IMG/VR virus record: IMGVR_UViG_3300048591_000147
Location: 1 to 64,000 of that record
DNA length: 64,000 nucleotides
Source of the DNA: a virus
Direction: 5' to 3' (one strand)
Below, piece by piece: positions 1 to 9,777 of this stretch. The notes under the pieces were generated by a model. It made no database searches. It was given only the letters and a program-made list of their open reading frames with translations, and was not told where the DNA came from. Position 1 is the stretch's first letter; the number at the start of each line of letters is the position of its first letter. The translations under genes were made by a program, and so were the position numbers.

Positions 1-130
1 TTACTCCAACAGTTACTCCAACAGTTACTCCAACAGTTACTCCAACAGTTACTCCAACAGTTACTCCAACAGTTACTCCAACAGTTACTCCAACAGTTAC
101 TCCAACAGTTACTCCAACAGTTACTCCAAC
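1..130 (+). repeat. Perfect tandem repeat of a 12-bp unit ('ttactccaacag', ~10.8 copies), in frame as (TPTV)n inside the fibre gene
   Basis: Exact 12-nt periodicity over lines 1-130. Frame 3 reads TPTVTPTV. The repeat runs off the window start. Confidence 0.9.
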
Positions 131-773
131 TATATCGATTACGCCTACAATTACGCCTACAGAGACTGTGACACCTACAGTAACTCCAACCACTTCGTCT
201 ACGTCCAATGACATTATATTTGATATTGTCCAAACGGTTGGATTAGATTTAAGCAACGCAAACAGAACCGCAACAGTGTCAAATCCGGCATGGTGGGAAT
301 GTCTTTCATATTGTAATAAATTAGTGGATGCGACTGATAGTAATTATATTGAAATAGAATGCACAGTGGTGGATGCAGCGGCGGGTCATATCATGGTGGG
401 CATTGGCAGTGATTACACGTTGGCGTTTCCACACAACTCACCAAATTCATATATGTATTACGCGCATGGGTCTATATGGAATGGGGGTAGTTCATCGTCA
501 TATGGTAGTTCATGGTTATCCGTGGGAACTCACAACATAGGCATATTACTGAAAAATGGTAAATTGTATTTTAGGGTGGATGGGGTTTGGCAAAATAGTG
601 CTGATGTAGACTCTGAAACCGGGTTCGCATTCTCTGGTTTGACTGGTTCGTTTAACGTATTGTTTAGCGTATCTGGAGACACAGATCCAAATGCATATGG
701 TACATTGAATAATACGTCAGGTCTTCTGGTTTATTCATTACCTACTGGCGCTTCCGTCTGGGGGCAGCTATAA
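1..773 (+). CDS. Tail fibre / receptor-binding protein, 5'-truncated by the window edge: (TPTV)n linker plus a C-terminal lectin-like globular domain
   Basis: The open frame from position 3 is continuous with ORF 168..773. The PT-repeat linker resembles those in fibres 12884..13894 and 13973..14908. The C-terminal ~190 aa are non-repetitive and aromatic/Gly-rich. Confidence 0.6.
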   Translation, partial: TPTVTPTVTPTVTPTVTPTVTPTVTPTVTPTVTPTVTPTVTPTISITPTITPTETVTPTVTPTTSSTSNDIIFDIVQTVGLDLSNANRTATVSNPAWWECLSYCNKLVDATDSNYIEIECTVVDAAAGHIMVGIGSDYTLAFPHNSPNSYMYYAHGSIWNGGSSSSYGSSWLSVGTHNIGILLKNGKLYFRVDGVWQNSADVDSETGFAFSGLTGSFNVLFSVSGDTDPNAYGTLNNTSGLLVYSLPTGASVWGQL

Positions 774-833
774 ACTATCTTCTCATATGTTATGGCATAA
801 ATAGTATGAATAATATTTTTATAGGATTAAAAA

Positions 834-1370
834 ATGGCTGACAGTAAAATCTCTGATTTACCATTAAGGGATGCATTAACAGGCGCGGAACAGTTCCCGC
901 TCGATCAGGGCTTAGTGACTGTGAAAGCATCGTTGGATGATGTTAAACAGTATTGTAATACTATACTAACTTTAACTGATGGTACTTGGTCTGGGATATT
1001 CTCAGAATATGGAATTCTAGGCGAAGCAGTGGCATTCGGTGAATTAATTTATCTAAGTGCTGCTGATAGTAAATGGTATAAAGCTGATGCAACAACAGCC
1101 GCTACATCTGGTGATGTAAAAGTTGGTGTATGTGTTGTAGGTGGGGTTTTGGATGCGGTTACAACGATATTATATATTGGTAGTATACGCGCAGACGCAC
1201 TGTTCCCAACATTTACCATTTCTGGCCCAGTAATGATATCAGAAACTCCGGGTGAAATGACACAAACCGCGCCAGTCACGAGCAATTCTGTGACAAGACG
1301 AATAGGATTCGCTAGCACCGCTAATGAAGTCCTGATAAATATCAGTAACGATTATTACACGCACATATAA
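834..1370 (+). CDS. Hypothetical virion/fibre-associated protein (178 aa)
   Basis: ORF with SD 'aaaaatggct'. Lies in the fibre operon. No motif recognised. Confidence 0.45.
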   Translation: MADSKISDLPLRDALTGAEQFPLDQGLVTVKASLDDVKQYCNTILTLTDGTWSGIFSEYGILGEAVAFGELIYLSAADSKWYKADATTAATSGDVKVGVCVVGGVLDAVTTILYIGSIRADALFPTFTISGPVMISETPGEMTQTAPVTSNSVTRRIGFASTANEVLINISNDYYTHI

Positions 1371-1387
1371 CAGGATATAAATTAATA

Positions 1388-2299
1388 ATGACTACACAAA
1401 CGTGGACGACTGCGCTAAATCATGCCAACACCGCTGGTTGGAGAGCAACACATTCTGAATTATCAACACATTTAACAACAGTGGGCGCGCCTAAGTCTGC
1501 CGATACTGGTCAAGTTGATTGGACAACGAATAACATACCAACAACGGCTGGTACACCTAGATATGAAATACGATATCTAAATGATTCATTGCACGCCACT
1601 TCTCCGATTTACTTTAAATTAGAGTGGGATAATGAAACCGCAGGCGGAACAATTCCATATATGTTCCTAACTGTTGGCACTGGGAGTGACGGTGCTGGCA
1701 CTTTAACTGGTGATGTGACTGCTAGAGTTGCAATATCTATTGGTGAATTATTATCATCAAACGTAACTGCAAGGGCTTCATATCTATGTGGAATTTCAGG
1801 TTATTTGGGTTTATCTTATAAAAGATACGCACAACATAACGGTGGCAGCGCCCCAATGGGATTTTCATTTTTTGCTATAAGCAGATTTAGGGATGCTTCG
1901 GGTACGCCTATTGATGGTGGATTTTATGTTTATTATTCATCTGGCGCAAATCATAATGTGTATAGGTATACTGTGAACACAACACTTAACACGGTTTCAG
2001 ACGATGGAAATGCTATTTGTTTCTTCCCCGGCGCAGTTGGAGCGCCCACTTTGGTGGGTGGTGAGGCACAGGTAATGCGCCATTTCGGCATGCAGCCTAC
2101 TGTTACATGTGTACCAGACTTTTTGAGTTACCTAAGTACAGAAATCGGAACTACAAGCACTTTTACGGCTACTCCAGTCGGCGTAACACCAATAACATAT
2201 TTGGCACTTGGTCCTGATGGTAGTGGTAATATAGCAGCACCCGGAATAGCATCTGTGCATGCAAGCCCTTATCACATGCTAGCCATGCGGTGGGAGTAA
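1388..2299 (+). CDS. Fibre-module protein (303 aa), paralog of 11950..12843(-)
   Basis: The N-terminal ~80 aa align with 11950..12843 ('SADTGQ(V/I)(D/N)W', 'YEIRYLNDSLH(A/G)T(S/A)PIY'). Confidence 0.6.
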   Translation: MTTQTWTTALNHANTAGWRATHSELSTHLTTVGAPKSADTGQVDWTTNNIPTTAGTPRYEIRYLNDSLHATSPIYFKLEWDNETAGGTIPYMFLTVGTGSDGAGTLTGDVTARVAISIGELLSSNVTARASYLCGISGYLGLSYKRYAQHNGGSAPMGFSFFAISRFRDASGTPIDGGFYVYYSSGANHNVYRYTVNTTLNTVSDDGNAICFFPGAVGAPTLVGGEAQVMRHFGMQPTVTCVPDFLSYLSTEIGTTSTFTATPVGVTPITYLALGPDGSGNIAAPGIASVHASPYHMLAMRWE

Positions 2300-2300
2300 A

Positions 2301-2648
2301 ATGCCTCATTATAATGCCACACCTGATATATTAGTTGGAGAAGGCGTTCCACTAGTCACGATTAATATCGTGCCAATTTATCAGTTCCCCCTATTTAATA
2401 CTGTGCCTCCCGGTGACAAAAGGATTGCTGCTGATAATCCGGCACGAGTAATTCTGGGTAGTGCTCCAGTGTCTAGAATAATAGACATATTCGATAAAGA
2501 AACTAATGTACATGTAGCTCGCACCACATCATCCGCTATTGACGGTACTTATAGCTTTGGCCAATTACCTAACAGAGAATATTTTGTTATATGTAGAGGG
2601 ATTAATGGAGAAAATGATACAATACACACAAGAGTGGCCCCAGTATGA
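2301..2648 (+). CDS. Fibre-module protein (115 aa), paralog of 11587..11946(-)
   Basis: Shared motifs 'VPPG(D/E)(K/L)R(I/V)A(A/G)D(N/S)P', 'APxSR(I/V)(I/V)D(I/V)FD(K/R)E', 'TTS(S/A)..DGTY.F'. Confidence 0.6.
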   Translation: MPHYNATPDILVGEGVPLVTINIVPIYQFPLFNTVPPGDKRIAADNPARVILGSAPVSRIIDIFDKETNVHVARTTSSAIDGTYSFGQLPNREYFVICRGINGENDTIHTRVAPV

Positions 2649-2884
2649 GTTATACGCCACCATCCGGTGATAGTGTCGGTTTTTTAGTATATCCTGACAT
2701 AGTATTACCAGAAATAAAGAAACAGATAAATGCACAAACTATAGTGGACGGTGAACCGCCCCCACCATATGGTGCTTACGATGCACCATTAGGCGATTCT
2801 GTCGGATTTGTAATAGATCCAGCACCAGTGGTCATAACCATTAGAAAGATAAATGGAATTGATATAGACCAGTTAATAGCATAA
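2645..2884 (+). CDS. Small fibre-module protein with a duplicated 'YTPPSGDSVGF / PLGDSVGF' motif
   Basis: The same 'YTPP(S/N)GDDVGGN' motif occurs twice at the C-terminus of fibre 12884..13894. Confidence 0.5.
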   Translation: MSYTPPSGDSVGFLVYPDIVLPEIKKQINAQTIVDGEPPPPYGAYDAPLGDSVGFVIDPAPVVITIRKINGIDIDQLIA

Positions 2885-2909
2885 ATATATTACTAATGCA
2901 GGAATTGAT

Positions 2910-3179
2910 ATGAAACTAATTGATCTGATACAAGAACATAAAGACGAGAATAAAGACATAAGCAAGGCGCCACCACCAGATTCGGAGTGGATAACAACTG
3001 CGCAAGCCGCGAAGATGTTAGGTGTTACCATGTCTAGAATCAGACAAATGATAATGGATGGTCAGATTTCTTCAAAATCACCGATAAAGGGTAGACGAGA
3101 TAATCTAGTTTCTAGAAAAACCATAACAGCATTATCAAAGAAAGAAAGAAAACCAACCGGACGTCCAGAAGGCACCTAA
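2910..3179 (+). CDS. HTH DNA-binding protein (excisionase/MerR-like helix 'AQAAKMLGVTMSRIRQMIMDGQI')
   Basis: Helix-turn-helix pattern followed by a basic C-terminal tail. Confidence 0.45.
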   Translation: MKLIDLIQEHKDENKDISKAPPPDSEWITTAQAAKMLGVTMSRIRQMIMDGQISSKSPIKGRRDNLVSRKTITALSKKERKPTGRPEGT

Positions 3180-3401
3180 ATGATTAAAATACGTAGTGAT
3201 TTTGGAAATTTAAGTATTGACGAAGACACAATTGCATATTACAGTGTGTATGCTGATTTATCTGCCAAGAAATATACAATAACCTTTTATTTTAAGGAGA
3301 CTGGCAGTTCTATCAACACCACATTATCAACAGTAGATGAACTGGTAAAGATAATAAAAGCTATAGATTTTCAATCAACATTTAAAAGGAAAACATTATG
3401 A
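3180..3401 (+). CDS. Hypothetical protein (73 aa)
   Basis: ORF abutting the neighbouring genes. ATGA overlap with the downstream gene. Confidence 0.4.
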   Translation: MIKIRSDFGNLSIDEDTIAYYSVYADLSAKKYTITFYFKETGSSINTTLSTVDELVKIIKAIDFQSTFKRKTL

Positions 3402-3625
3402 TAGTTGAGGTATATTCAAAAGATGGTTGCTCATATTGTGTCAGAGCAAAGCAGTTGTTAACCAATAAGAAAATTTCGTACAAAGAATACAAGTTGGGTG
3501 AGGATGGTATTGACAGAGCCTTCATACAGGAGAAAGTTGGAAAGCCTATAAGTACGGTGCCACAGATTTTCATTGACGGTAACCACATTGGCGGTTACAC
3601 TGAATTAGAAAAATATCTAAGATAA
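3398..3625 (+). CDS. nrdC: Glutaredoxin-like redoxin (T4 NrdC-like)
   Basis: Active site 'CSYC'. C-terminal 'TVPQIFIDGNHIGGY..L..YL' is typical of Grx/NrdC/NrdH. Confidence 0.7.
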   Translation: MIVEVYSKDGCSYCVRAKQLLTNKKISYKEYKLGEDGIDRAFIQEKVGKPISTVPQIFIDGNHIGGYTELEKYLR

Positions 3626-3633
3626 ATACTGAT

Positions 3634-3679
3634 AAAACCCTCGTAATGGATAAATAATTATAAATTACGAGGGTTTTTG
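3634..3679. terminator. Rho-independent terminator (bidirectional hairpin)
   Basis: 'aaaaccctcgtaat...attacgagggtttttg': 14-bp stem with an A-run on one side and a T-run on the other. Confidence 0.7.
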
Positions 3680-3680
3680 T

Positions 3681-3992
3681 ATGTTCGATATGACAATTTT
3701 ATTACTAATCATCTTTGCGGTCCTATCTTTTGTGGTGTATCACACCATTAAGACTAAGCTCACGTACAAGCCTTCTGAAGTCATTATTGGTAAACAGGTA
3801 TACATCCATCCTGAAACACGCTTGTGCGTCGATGTAGTGGACTTTGATGGCACTTCAGTGTACTTCCGCCTTAGCATCGAATCAGAAATCGCACCAATTA
3901 GTGTCTTACCCAAAAAAGAATTCCTATTACACTATAGTAAAGTGTTAAGACCGTCTACGATAAAATCAGACTACTCTGAAATAGACGATTAA
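3681..3992 (+). CDS. Membrane protein (N-terminal TM), 103 aa
   Basis: Hydrophobic N-terminus 'ILLLIIFAVLSFVVY'. Confidence 0.4.
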   Translation: MFDMTILLLIIFAVLSFVVYHTIKTKLTYKPSEVIIGKQVYIHPETRLCVDVVDFDGTSVYFRLSIESEIAPISVLPKKEFLLHYSKVLRPSTIKSDYSEIDD

Positions 3993-5258
3993 TCACTCAA
4001 AATTTGTGAGCACAAATTTCTTTGATTTAACATCTATGTATCGGTAATAGGGCTCGGTAAGAAACCAATACCAACGTGCTGGCATTTTAGGGTTTACCGC
4101 GTTTCCATACCCGTCAGTAACAATAAATACTGCGCCGGGATATTTCTTGAACTCTTTTAATACGCTAGTCTCTATGATGGAGAAACTTGTACCATATCCA
4201 GAAGGAAGTCTTGCGTCTTTCAAATCAATTTCTTCAACGTATGTAGAGAATCCAAAGAATCGCACATTGAATCTGTCCAATGGCACTGATTTTGCCGCGT
4301 TAAAAAACCGCTGTGTATAGTTTCTACAAGATGGTGAAGTGTCTATGTAGAATGCCACATCTATCTTTTCTGGTTTGATCTTAATAAATTCGTCATCAGT
4401 GGGCAATATAAGCGACTTGTCCAAAGTGGTGAACCGCCTATTAAGCTTCACCCATTGTTGATTCTGATGTTCTGTTTCTTTTAGTTTATTATTGACCCAT
4501 CGGTGTATAATAGTTTCCCATTTCTTCTTCTTTCTGATTTTCTTGTTCTGTAAGTACTGTGATATTTTACCAGAACAATCACCAGCATTTAATCCAGTCT
4601 CTTCACTTACGTCTTTTTGAATCTTGTTAAGAAGCTCAAGCTCTTGCACGGACATATTGTCCAGAATATCGTCTACTAGTTTGTCTGATGCGTCTGTTTG
4701 CTCCCATTGTGCATGATCATCCGCTAGACTTGGAAGTGCCTGATCCGTACTTGTCGAACCATCGGATGACTGACCATCTAGTTTATTGTTGAGCATTTCA
4801 AAATAATATTCAAAATTGTGGTTTGGTTGTAAATCGGGATCGTTTGGAAATACATTTTTTAACCAACATAATTCAGTGTTGGGATCTATTTCTTGCCTCA
4901 CAAAGTTATAGTATTTTACTAGGGATTCATTAATAGTTAGATCCATAGCGATGTTGGCAACGTGCATGGTACTCTTACTCATGCCGTTATTCACCATATA
5001 AATATATCGTGTAATATGGTTAAGCATGACATGCAGACATTCATGTGCGATATAAAATGTTTTTTGGTTTAAATCCAGAGTGTTCCAAAACTTCTCGTTC
5101 AATAATAATTTGAAATTGTTGTTCAACGGGTCGAAGCTGATAGCACAACGCTCAATCTCTTCGGTAAAGTATGGTTGACCCAGATTGAAAAACGTATGGT
5201 ACATATTGCCATACAACTGTAAATTATTTAAGATGTCTTGCTTTTCGTTGTTATCCAT
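3993..5258 (-). CDS. vWA-domain protein with an N-terminal HExxH metallopeptidase-like domain (CobT/DUF2201-like)
   Basis: 'IAHECLHVMLNH' zinc-peptidase motif. C-terminal MIDAS 'IDTSPS' ... 'TDGYG'. Divergent from the MoxR ATPase gene. Confidence 0.7.
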   Translation of the reverse strand: MDNNEKQDILNNLQLYGNMYHTFFNLGQPYFTEEIERCAISFDPLNNNFKLLLNEKFWNTLDLNQKTFYIAHECLHVMLNHITRYIYMVNNGMSKSTMHVANIAMDLTINESLVKYYNFVRQEIDPNTELCWLKNVFPNDPDLQPNHNFEYYFEMLNNKLDGQSSDGSTSTDQALPSLADDHAQWEQTDASDKLVDDILDNMSVQELELLNKIQKDVSEETGLNAGDCSGKISQYLQNKKIRKKKKWETIIHRWVNNKLKETEHQNQQWVKLNRRFTTLDKSLILPTDDEFIKIKPEKIDVAFYIDTSPSCRNYTQRFFNAAKSVPLDRFNVRFFGFSTYVEEIDLKDARLPSGYGTSFSIIETSVLKEFKKYPGAVFIVTDGYGNAVNPKMPARWYWFLTEPYYRYIDVKSKKFVLTNFE

Positions 5259-5320
5259 TTATAACCTTGATTTTTAGAGATTTCTACACATACATATGAA
5301 GACGATGGAATATTTATTGA

Positions 5321-6328
5321 ATGAATAAAAACATAATGAACCAATTGGAGTTTGCGGTCAAGAACAATTATAACGTTCTGCTGATTGGTGATGCTGGAGT
5401 TGGTAAAACAGCAGTCATAAAACAAGTGTTCGAATCGATGAACTTCAGTTATATGTATTTCTCAGCAGCGACCATGGACCCTTGGGTGGATTTCGTTGGA
5501 GTTCCAAAGGAAGTAGAAGATGCTGATGGTAATAAGTATCTGGACCTAATCAGACCTAAACAGTTTGCATTTGATACGGTAGATGCCATCTTCATGGACG
5601 AGTATAATAGGGCAGCGCCAAAGGTAAGAAATTCTACCATGGAGTTGATACAGTTCAAGAGTATCAATGGAAAGAAATATAATAGGCTCAAAATGGTGTG
5701 GGCTGCTATAAATCCATACTCAGAAGATGATAACAAGTATAATGTTGAGGAACTAGACCCAGCACAATTGGATCGATTTGATTTTCATATTGAGATACCG
5801 TACAAAATCAATATGGAATATTTTACATTGAAGTATCCGACAATCGCTAGACCTAGCGCGGAGTGGTGGAACGCTCTACCAGCAGAACAAAAGAAAATAG
5901 TCTCACCAAGACGATTGGATAAAGCATTACAAACATTTACTGAAGGTGGGGACTTATCGTGGGTGATTCCTAAAGGCGTCAATGTATCGCAATTAGCTAT
6001 TAGCCTAAAGTACGGCTGTTACCAAGACAGACTGAAGGAAGTGTTTGAAAGTAAGAATGAGGCTGATATTAAAAAATTGGTCAATGATAAGAATACTCTA
6101 AGTGACTTTGTCAAACATATCGTAAAGAACAAAGATTATTGTAATTTCTTCCTACCGTTTGTGTCAGACGAGCGACTGTCGTCCTTATTGGAACATGAAC
6201 AGATAATAGATTATTTGATGCAGCCAGAAGTTGTCATCATGCGAAAAAATTTGATCCGTAGCATTGTAAACACTAAATCGGTTAAATCAAATATATTGGA
6301 TAAGTTTACTAGTCTGCTGGCACGCTAA
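5321..6328 (+). CDS. MoxR-family AAA+ ATPase (CobS-like)
   Basis: Walker A 'GDAGVGKT', Walker B 'IFMDEYNRA'. 335 aa. Sits beside the vWA partner. Confidence 0.75.
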   Translation: MNKNIMNQLEFAVKNNYNVLLIGDAGVGKTAVIKQVFESMNFSYMYFSAATMDPWVDFVGVPKEVEDADGNKYLDLIRPKQFAFDTVDAIFMDEYNRAAPKVRNSTMELIQFKSINGKKYNRLKMVWAAINPYSEDDNKYNVEELDPAQLDRFDFHIEIPYKINMEYFTLKYPTIARPSAEWWNALPAEQKKIVSPRRLDKALQTFTEGGDLSWVIPKGVNVSQLAISLKYGCYQDRLKEVFESKNEADIKKLVNDKNTLSDFVKHIVKNKDYCNFFLPFVSDERLSSLLEHEQIIDYLMQPEVVIMRKNLIRSIVNTKSVKSNILDKFTSLLAR

Positions 6329-6922
6329 TTATTTTGTTATCAATTTGGCTGGTGTGCCAACGTAAGTGCCAGATTCGGTGATGTGCTTTACGACACCAGA
6401 GTTCAAACCAATAGTAACATCATCACAAATGTTTATTTTCTCTTTAACGCAGGCGTTAGTTCCAAAATATACCCGATTACCAATGTTACAGTTTCCAGAT
6501 ATTTTTGCGCCGGGTGCAGTTGTGAAGAAGTCTCCGATTCGACAGTCATGTCCTATGGTGGTCTGTAGGTTTAGATGACAGTGGTCCCCAATTACTATAT
6601 TGGTGGTTAGAATCGATCCAGCACATATTACAGAACCTTTTCCAACCTTGATAAACTCATCCAACACAATAGCTGAAGAATGTACGAAAGAAAAGAACTT
6701 TGTGGCATCTGGTAACGAATTCAATATCTTTTGGCGGTGATGTGGACTACCCACAGCTATCAACACTTCGTATTCATTAATATCTAGTGTACTCAGAGCG
6801 GCGGACGTTTCATCGGCGTATTCATCATTGACGAAGAATTTTATTTCTGCATCTATGTCACTTAATATGTGGTGATAAACTTCTCTCCCAAATCCACCAG
6901 ACCCTATAATAGCTTTCTTCAT
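6329..6922 (-). CDS. Sugar N-/O-acetyltransferase, NeuD/PglD family (left-handed beta-helix)
   Basis: N-terminal 'IIGSGGFGREV'. Hexapeptide repeats '(I/V)G.....I....(I/V)G'. Confidence 0.7.
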   Translation of the reverse strand: MKKAIIGSGGFGREVYHHILSDIDAEIKFFVNDEYADETSAALSTLDINEYEVLIAVGSPHHRQKILNSLPDATKFFSFVHSSAIVLDEFIKVGKGSVICAGSILTTNIVIGDHCHLNLQTTIGHDCRIGDFFTTAPGAKISGNCNIGNRVYFGTNACVKEKINICDDVTIGLNSGVVKHITESGTYVGTPAKLITK

Positions 6923-6931
6923 ATCGTTTCC

Positions 6932-7816
6932 TTATAATGGTGCGTATTGGCTGTAACTTCTAACGAATGCGTCTGAGTAGGGACACACAGCCGATCCCAT
7001 ATCAATTTGTGTAATATTCTTATACTCGTGATAAAAATCATCTATTAGCTTCTTCGCCACATATGAACAAGCGTATATCAAGACCGTGTTTTCGTTTCTA
7101 TCAAATTTATCTAATAGGTTTTTTATTTCGTCTTGGACTCTATCGCTTTCTTTCCAAACGTCATTATTGTTCAGCGTTTGTACATGAGAAAATGAAAAAT
7201 ATTTACGCATATTTATACAGTAATCTGGCCCAATCACGATCACATTACGTTTCTTGAATTGGTCAAAATACTTCTGCATTTCACCAGTTATACTAAGCCG
7301 CACGAATAGGAATCCATCACAGAGCTTCATCCCATTTAAATGTGGGTATATCTGCTCACTCATATAAGGTTTTTTGTATACTTGTGAAGATATACCAATA
7401 AAATATGGGGGGACTTTCTTTATGATAGGCATAAGATAATCGTCAACATATTTCTGTCCAGATTCGCCCCAGACCCAGTTATTACAATTGTACTCAGTTG
7501 GGGGGCGTGTTATTACACTGTTACCAGTATACGCTATTCGTAGCATAGGAATCCACTCACCGTCATTATATCTGGCAACCGAGAATGGCTTATGGTCTTG
7601 TAATTGGTTTAAAAAATGTGTGTTGATATTTGCTTGTAACACATTTACATTATAATTCTCCGTTAGTGGGAACTGTAATTTTTTAAATGAGAAAATCATA
7701 TCTTGGCAATAAAACTTTGGAGCCAGCGTATAAAGTCTTTGTAGACCTTGTGCCATTTTATTTTTGAATTGTTTGGAGTCTTCTATTGTTATTGATTTAT
7801 ACTGTTCATCTATCAT
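6932..7816 (-). CDS. Putative glycosyltransferase (single-domain, 294 aa)
   Basis: ~55% identical over ~220 aa to the C-terminal half of 7813..9777 ('ARYNDGEW.PML', 'KYFDQFKKRN(V/I)I(V/I)(I/V)GP', 'CSYVAKK(L/M)ID'). The domain class (GT-D/DUF1792-like?) is unverified. Confidence 0.45.
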   Translation of the reverse strand: MIDEQYKSITIEDSKQFKNKMAQGLQRLYTLAPKFYCQDMIFSFKKLQFPLTENYNVNVLQANINTHFLNQLQDHKPFSVARYNDGEWIPMLRIAYTGNSVITRPPTEYNCNNWVWGESGQKYVDDYLMPIIKKVPPYFIGISSQVYKKPYMSEQIYPHLNGMKLCDGFLFVRLSITGEMQKYFDQFKKRNVIVIGPDYCINMRKYFSFSHVQTLNNNDVWKESDRVQDEIKNLLDKFDRNENTVLIYACSYVAKKLIDDFYHEYKNITQIDMGSAVCPYSDAFVRSYSQYAPL

Positions 7817-9777
7817 AGTGGGGTAAATTTATGCCAAGGTCTTATATTTATGCCACAATATGCGCATAGTGCGGCACCTATATCGATCTGGGTGATCATT
7901 TTATACTCATGGTATAAAGCGTCGATCATTGTTTTGGCAACATACGAGCAGCAGTATAATACCACAGGACTGTCTATTTTATTTACATTGTTCTTAAGTT
8001 CATTATAGATTCTATCATGCTCATCCCATACGTTGTTGTTGGTAACAATATGAGTGAATTTAAAATATTTTGTCATCTTGCTCAGGTATTGAGGTCCAAC
8101 TATTATTATATTTCTTTTCTTGAATTGATCGAAATACTTAATCAGTTCACCATTGATACTTAACTTAGCCCACAACCCACCATCAACCAATTGTAAGTCC
8201 TTCAGATATGGCGTTATGAAACTCATCATATAAGGTTTTTGTAATACTTGGGACGCTATACCAATATAATATTTTGGCTTGCTCTTTATCACTGGTAACA
8301 TCCGCTCTTCGGCATATTTTTGCCCGGATTCATTTAATGTCCAATCTTTAAAATTGTATGGTGGGTGATTGGGTGGAACGCTGCTTGAAATGCCGGAATA
8401 TGATATTTTTAACATTGGTGACCACTCACCGTCATTATATCTGGCAAATGAAAATGGTATATTATTCTCTAAGTTATTGAGAAATAATTGATTAACATCA
8501 TTCTCCAGTGTTGTTATATTTGATGGTGTTATTAAAGGAAATTTGACCGTGCAATCATTGATAGTATACACACTATCTTCCGTGAAGAACTCAGGACATA
8601 CCAAGCGATATGCTTGTAAACCATCCTTTATCTGTTTCTTAATTTGATATGCTTTAGGATCTGCTCTTGATTCTAGATAATCAAATATTTTTTGTTGCTG
8701 CACGCCATAATCGAAACGCATAAATGAATGCGATTGAATGTTGGTAGACATTTGATGTAGCAGTTTACGATCAGCTTCTAACTTTTTAATTATATTGCAT
8801 GCTCTATCGACCTCATTATTCTTTATGATGAACATCATATCAGTAGTGTATTTGAACTGATTGTTACTGTTATGGATATCAGTTGTGATTAGCACTACAC
8901 CCTGCAATGCTGCTTCTATACCAAGAGGCCAGCCGTTGAATGCATCACCAGTCTCGGCGTTTATTAGAATGTCAACATGCTTATTATAGAATTCATCGAG
9001 TTCTACTTGTGCCTTCGGACTATAATTTGTTATATTGGCATCTGGGATACAATTACCAATGGATATAAATCTCACATTTAATGATGGAAAGGTCTTTTTA
9101 AATGTCGAGGCTATTTGACGATAACTATCACTTCCCTTACTGGCATTGTGCCCCATGTTAGAGAAGCAAACCGTCAGAGTCGATCTATTTAACTTTTTTT
9201 GTTGTGGCTTTTCATCTTTGTTTAAACATGTACTACCATAGCATGAGATATAGTTAGTGAAGCCATAATTACTCAACCATTTATCAGTCTTTTCTTGTGT
9301 GGAGATTATGTTGGCTTTTTTGTTTATTTTCAATATGTCTTCTTTGCCACCTAGCCCACCACCGGGATACAGATGAATGAACTGTTTTTCGTGCGGTACT
9401 TTAGTATATTCTTTGTTAAATTTTATGTAGTTTGACAAGAAAATGTGATATATTGTCTTATATGAATCTACGTTGAATTCGGTGCCAGTGGTGAAGAGAT
9501 AACTGAATGAACTTAGCCCATTGAATTTAGTACCATCTACCATTGTATTATACTTGTTCAAATGATTATATTGTGGATCAAATATTAGAATGTTGAAACT
9601 AGACAAATTGAAATACTTGGACATCTGTTCATAATCAACGTCATATGATATGTTGGCATAGGACTGTATCTTATTGACTAATATATCACAGTTACCACGA
9701 TCTATGAATGCTTTAGTCTCAGCAATGCGCCACTTTGCGTATTTTGATGGAAACAAAATATCTACTAATAGGTTCAT
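7813..9777 (-). CDS. Two-domain glycosyltransferase: GT-B/GT1-like N-terminal half plus the duplicated C-terminal domain shared with 6932..7816
   Basis: GT1-like 'ETGDAFNGWPLGIEAALQGVVLITTD' (E-x7-E region). The C-terminal 'ARYNDGEWSPML...' domain is paralogous to the neighbouring gene. Confidence 0.55.
   Translation of the reverse strand: MNLLVDILFPSKYAKWRIAETKAFIDRGNCDILVNKIQSYANISYDVDYEQMSKYFNLSSFNILIFDPQYNHLNKYNTMVDGTKFNGLSSFSYLFTTGTEFNVDSYKTIYHIFLSNYIKFNKEYTKVPHEKQFIHLYPGGGLGGKEDILKINKKANIISTQEKTDKWLSNYGFTNYISCYGSTCLNKDEKPQQKKLNRSTLTVCFSNMGHNASKGSDSYRQIASTFKKTFPSLNVRFISIGNCIPDANITNYSPKAQVELDEFYNKHVDILINAETGDAFNGWPLGIEAALQGVVLITTDIHNSNNQFKYTTDMMFIIKNNEVDRACNIIKKLEADRKLLHQMSTNIQSHSFMRFDYGVQQQKIFDYLESRADPKAYQIKKQIKDGLQAYRLVCPEFFTEDSVYTINDCTVKFPLITPSNITTLENDVNQLFLNNLENNIPFSFARYNDGEWSPMLKISYSGISSSVPPNHPPYNFKDWTLNESGQKYAEERMLPVIKSKPKYYIGIASQVLQKPYMMSFITPYLKDLQLVDGGLWAKLSINGELIKYFDQFKKRNIIIVGPQYLSKMTKYFKFTHIVTNNNVWDEHDRIYNELKNNVNKIDSPVVLYCCSYVAKTMIDALYHEYKMITQIDIGAALCAYCGINIRPWHKFTPL

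Noticed and set aside
1-130. Possible CRISPR array (regular short repeats)
   Set aside because: The units are contiguous 12-mers with no spacers and lie in a coding frame (TPTV). It is a protein-coding microsatellite, not a CRISPR array.
3382-3588. 68-aa minus-strand ORF
   Set aside because: Antisense to the glutaredoxin gene.
5228-5982. Small minus-strand ORFs 5228..5425, 5449..5736, 5785..5982
   Set aside because: They overlap the vWA gene's 5' end or lie antisense within the MoxR ATPase gene.
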